NCBI GenBank assembly: GCA_036172245.1
Contig: JAYWIR010000004.1
Coordinates: forward strand, 248,001 to 312,000
DNA length: 64,000 nucleotides
Direction of reading: 5' to 3'
From: Raillietiella orientalis
Lineage: Eukaryota
Position 1 is the stretch's first letter, and the number at the start of each line of letters is the position of its first letter. The notes under the pieces are model-generated. The model was not told where the DNA came from and did no database searches. It saw only the letters and a program-made list of their open reading frames with translations. Below are positions 63,721 through 64,000 of the stretch, one piece after another. The translations under genes and the position numbers were made by a program.

Positions 63721-64000
63721 GTGCAGTAAATCACTACAGGACAATTTCGTGCTTGTGATCCGCTGCATGGAAATGTAAACGCTAATACGGTCACATAAAA
63801 TTGACCTCCAAATCTACCGATTTTTGATCTCGGTAGGACAACTTTCTGGTTCCGCTGATATCTTTCGATTAATTGCAATTTTTTTTACTATATCCACAAG
63901 CAAAGTTTTTCCTTTGATAATAAAACAAGTCGATGGTTCTCAAGTTCTCCCCTTTTAATCGCATATCCCCAAATGAGTTTCAGGATGAGATTTTGAATCG

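Overview
Eukaryotic, most likely invertebrate animal, repeat-rich DNA; no prokaryotic-style genes, CRISPR array, rRNA or tRNA. Almost no reading frame is intact, but protein motifs can be read across frameshifts. They indicate DIRS-type tyrosine-recombinase retrotransposon remnants, two Harbinger/PIF transposases (one with a MADF/Myb partner), a hAT transposase, a Ty3/Gypsy RT fragment and a histone cluster (H4, H3, H2A, H2B, possibly H1). The main structural result is that the window appears to be one giant imperfect palindrome with its axis near 33.75 kb. Nearly every element in the left half recurs in reverse order on the opposite strand in the right half, with coordinate sums drifting from about 67.5 kb to about 68.4 kb. 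The arms are near-identical only over 1.35 kb (28429-29780 vs 37725-39086) and are independently garbled elsewhere. The simplest explanation is a fold-back long read of very low accuracy that entered the assembly, so most 'pseudogene' damage may be sequencing error. A real decayed inverted duplication is the less likely alternative. All protein assignments come from by-eye motif matching, not database searches, and boundaries are approximate (about 100-300 bp) unless stated as exact. I found no convincing novel biological system.
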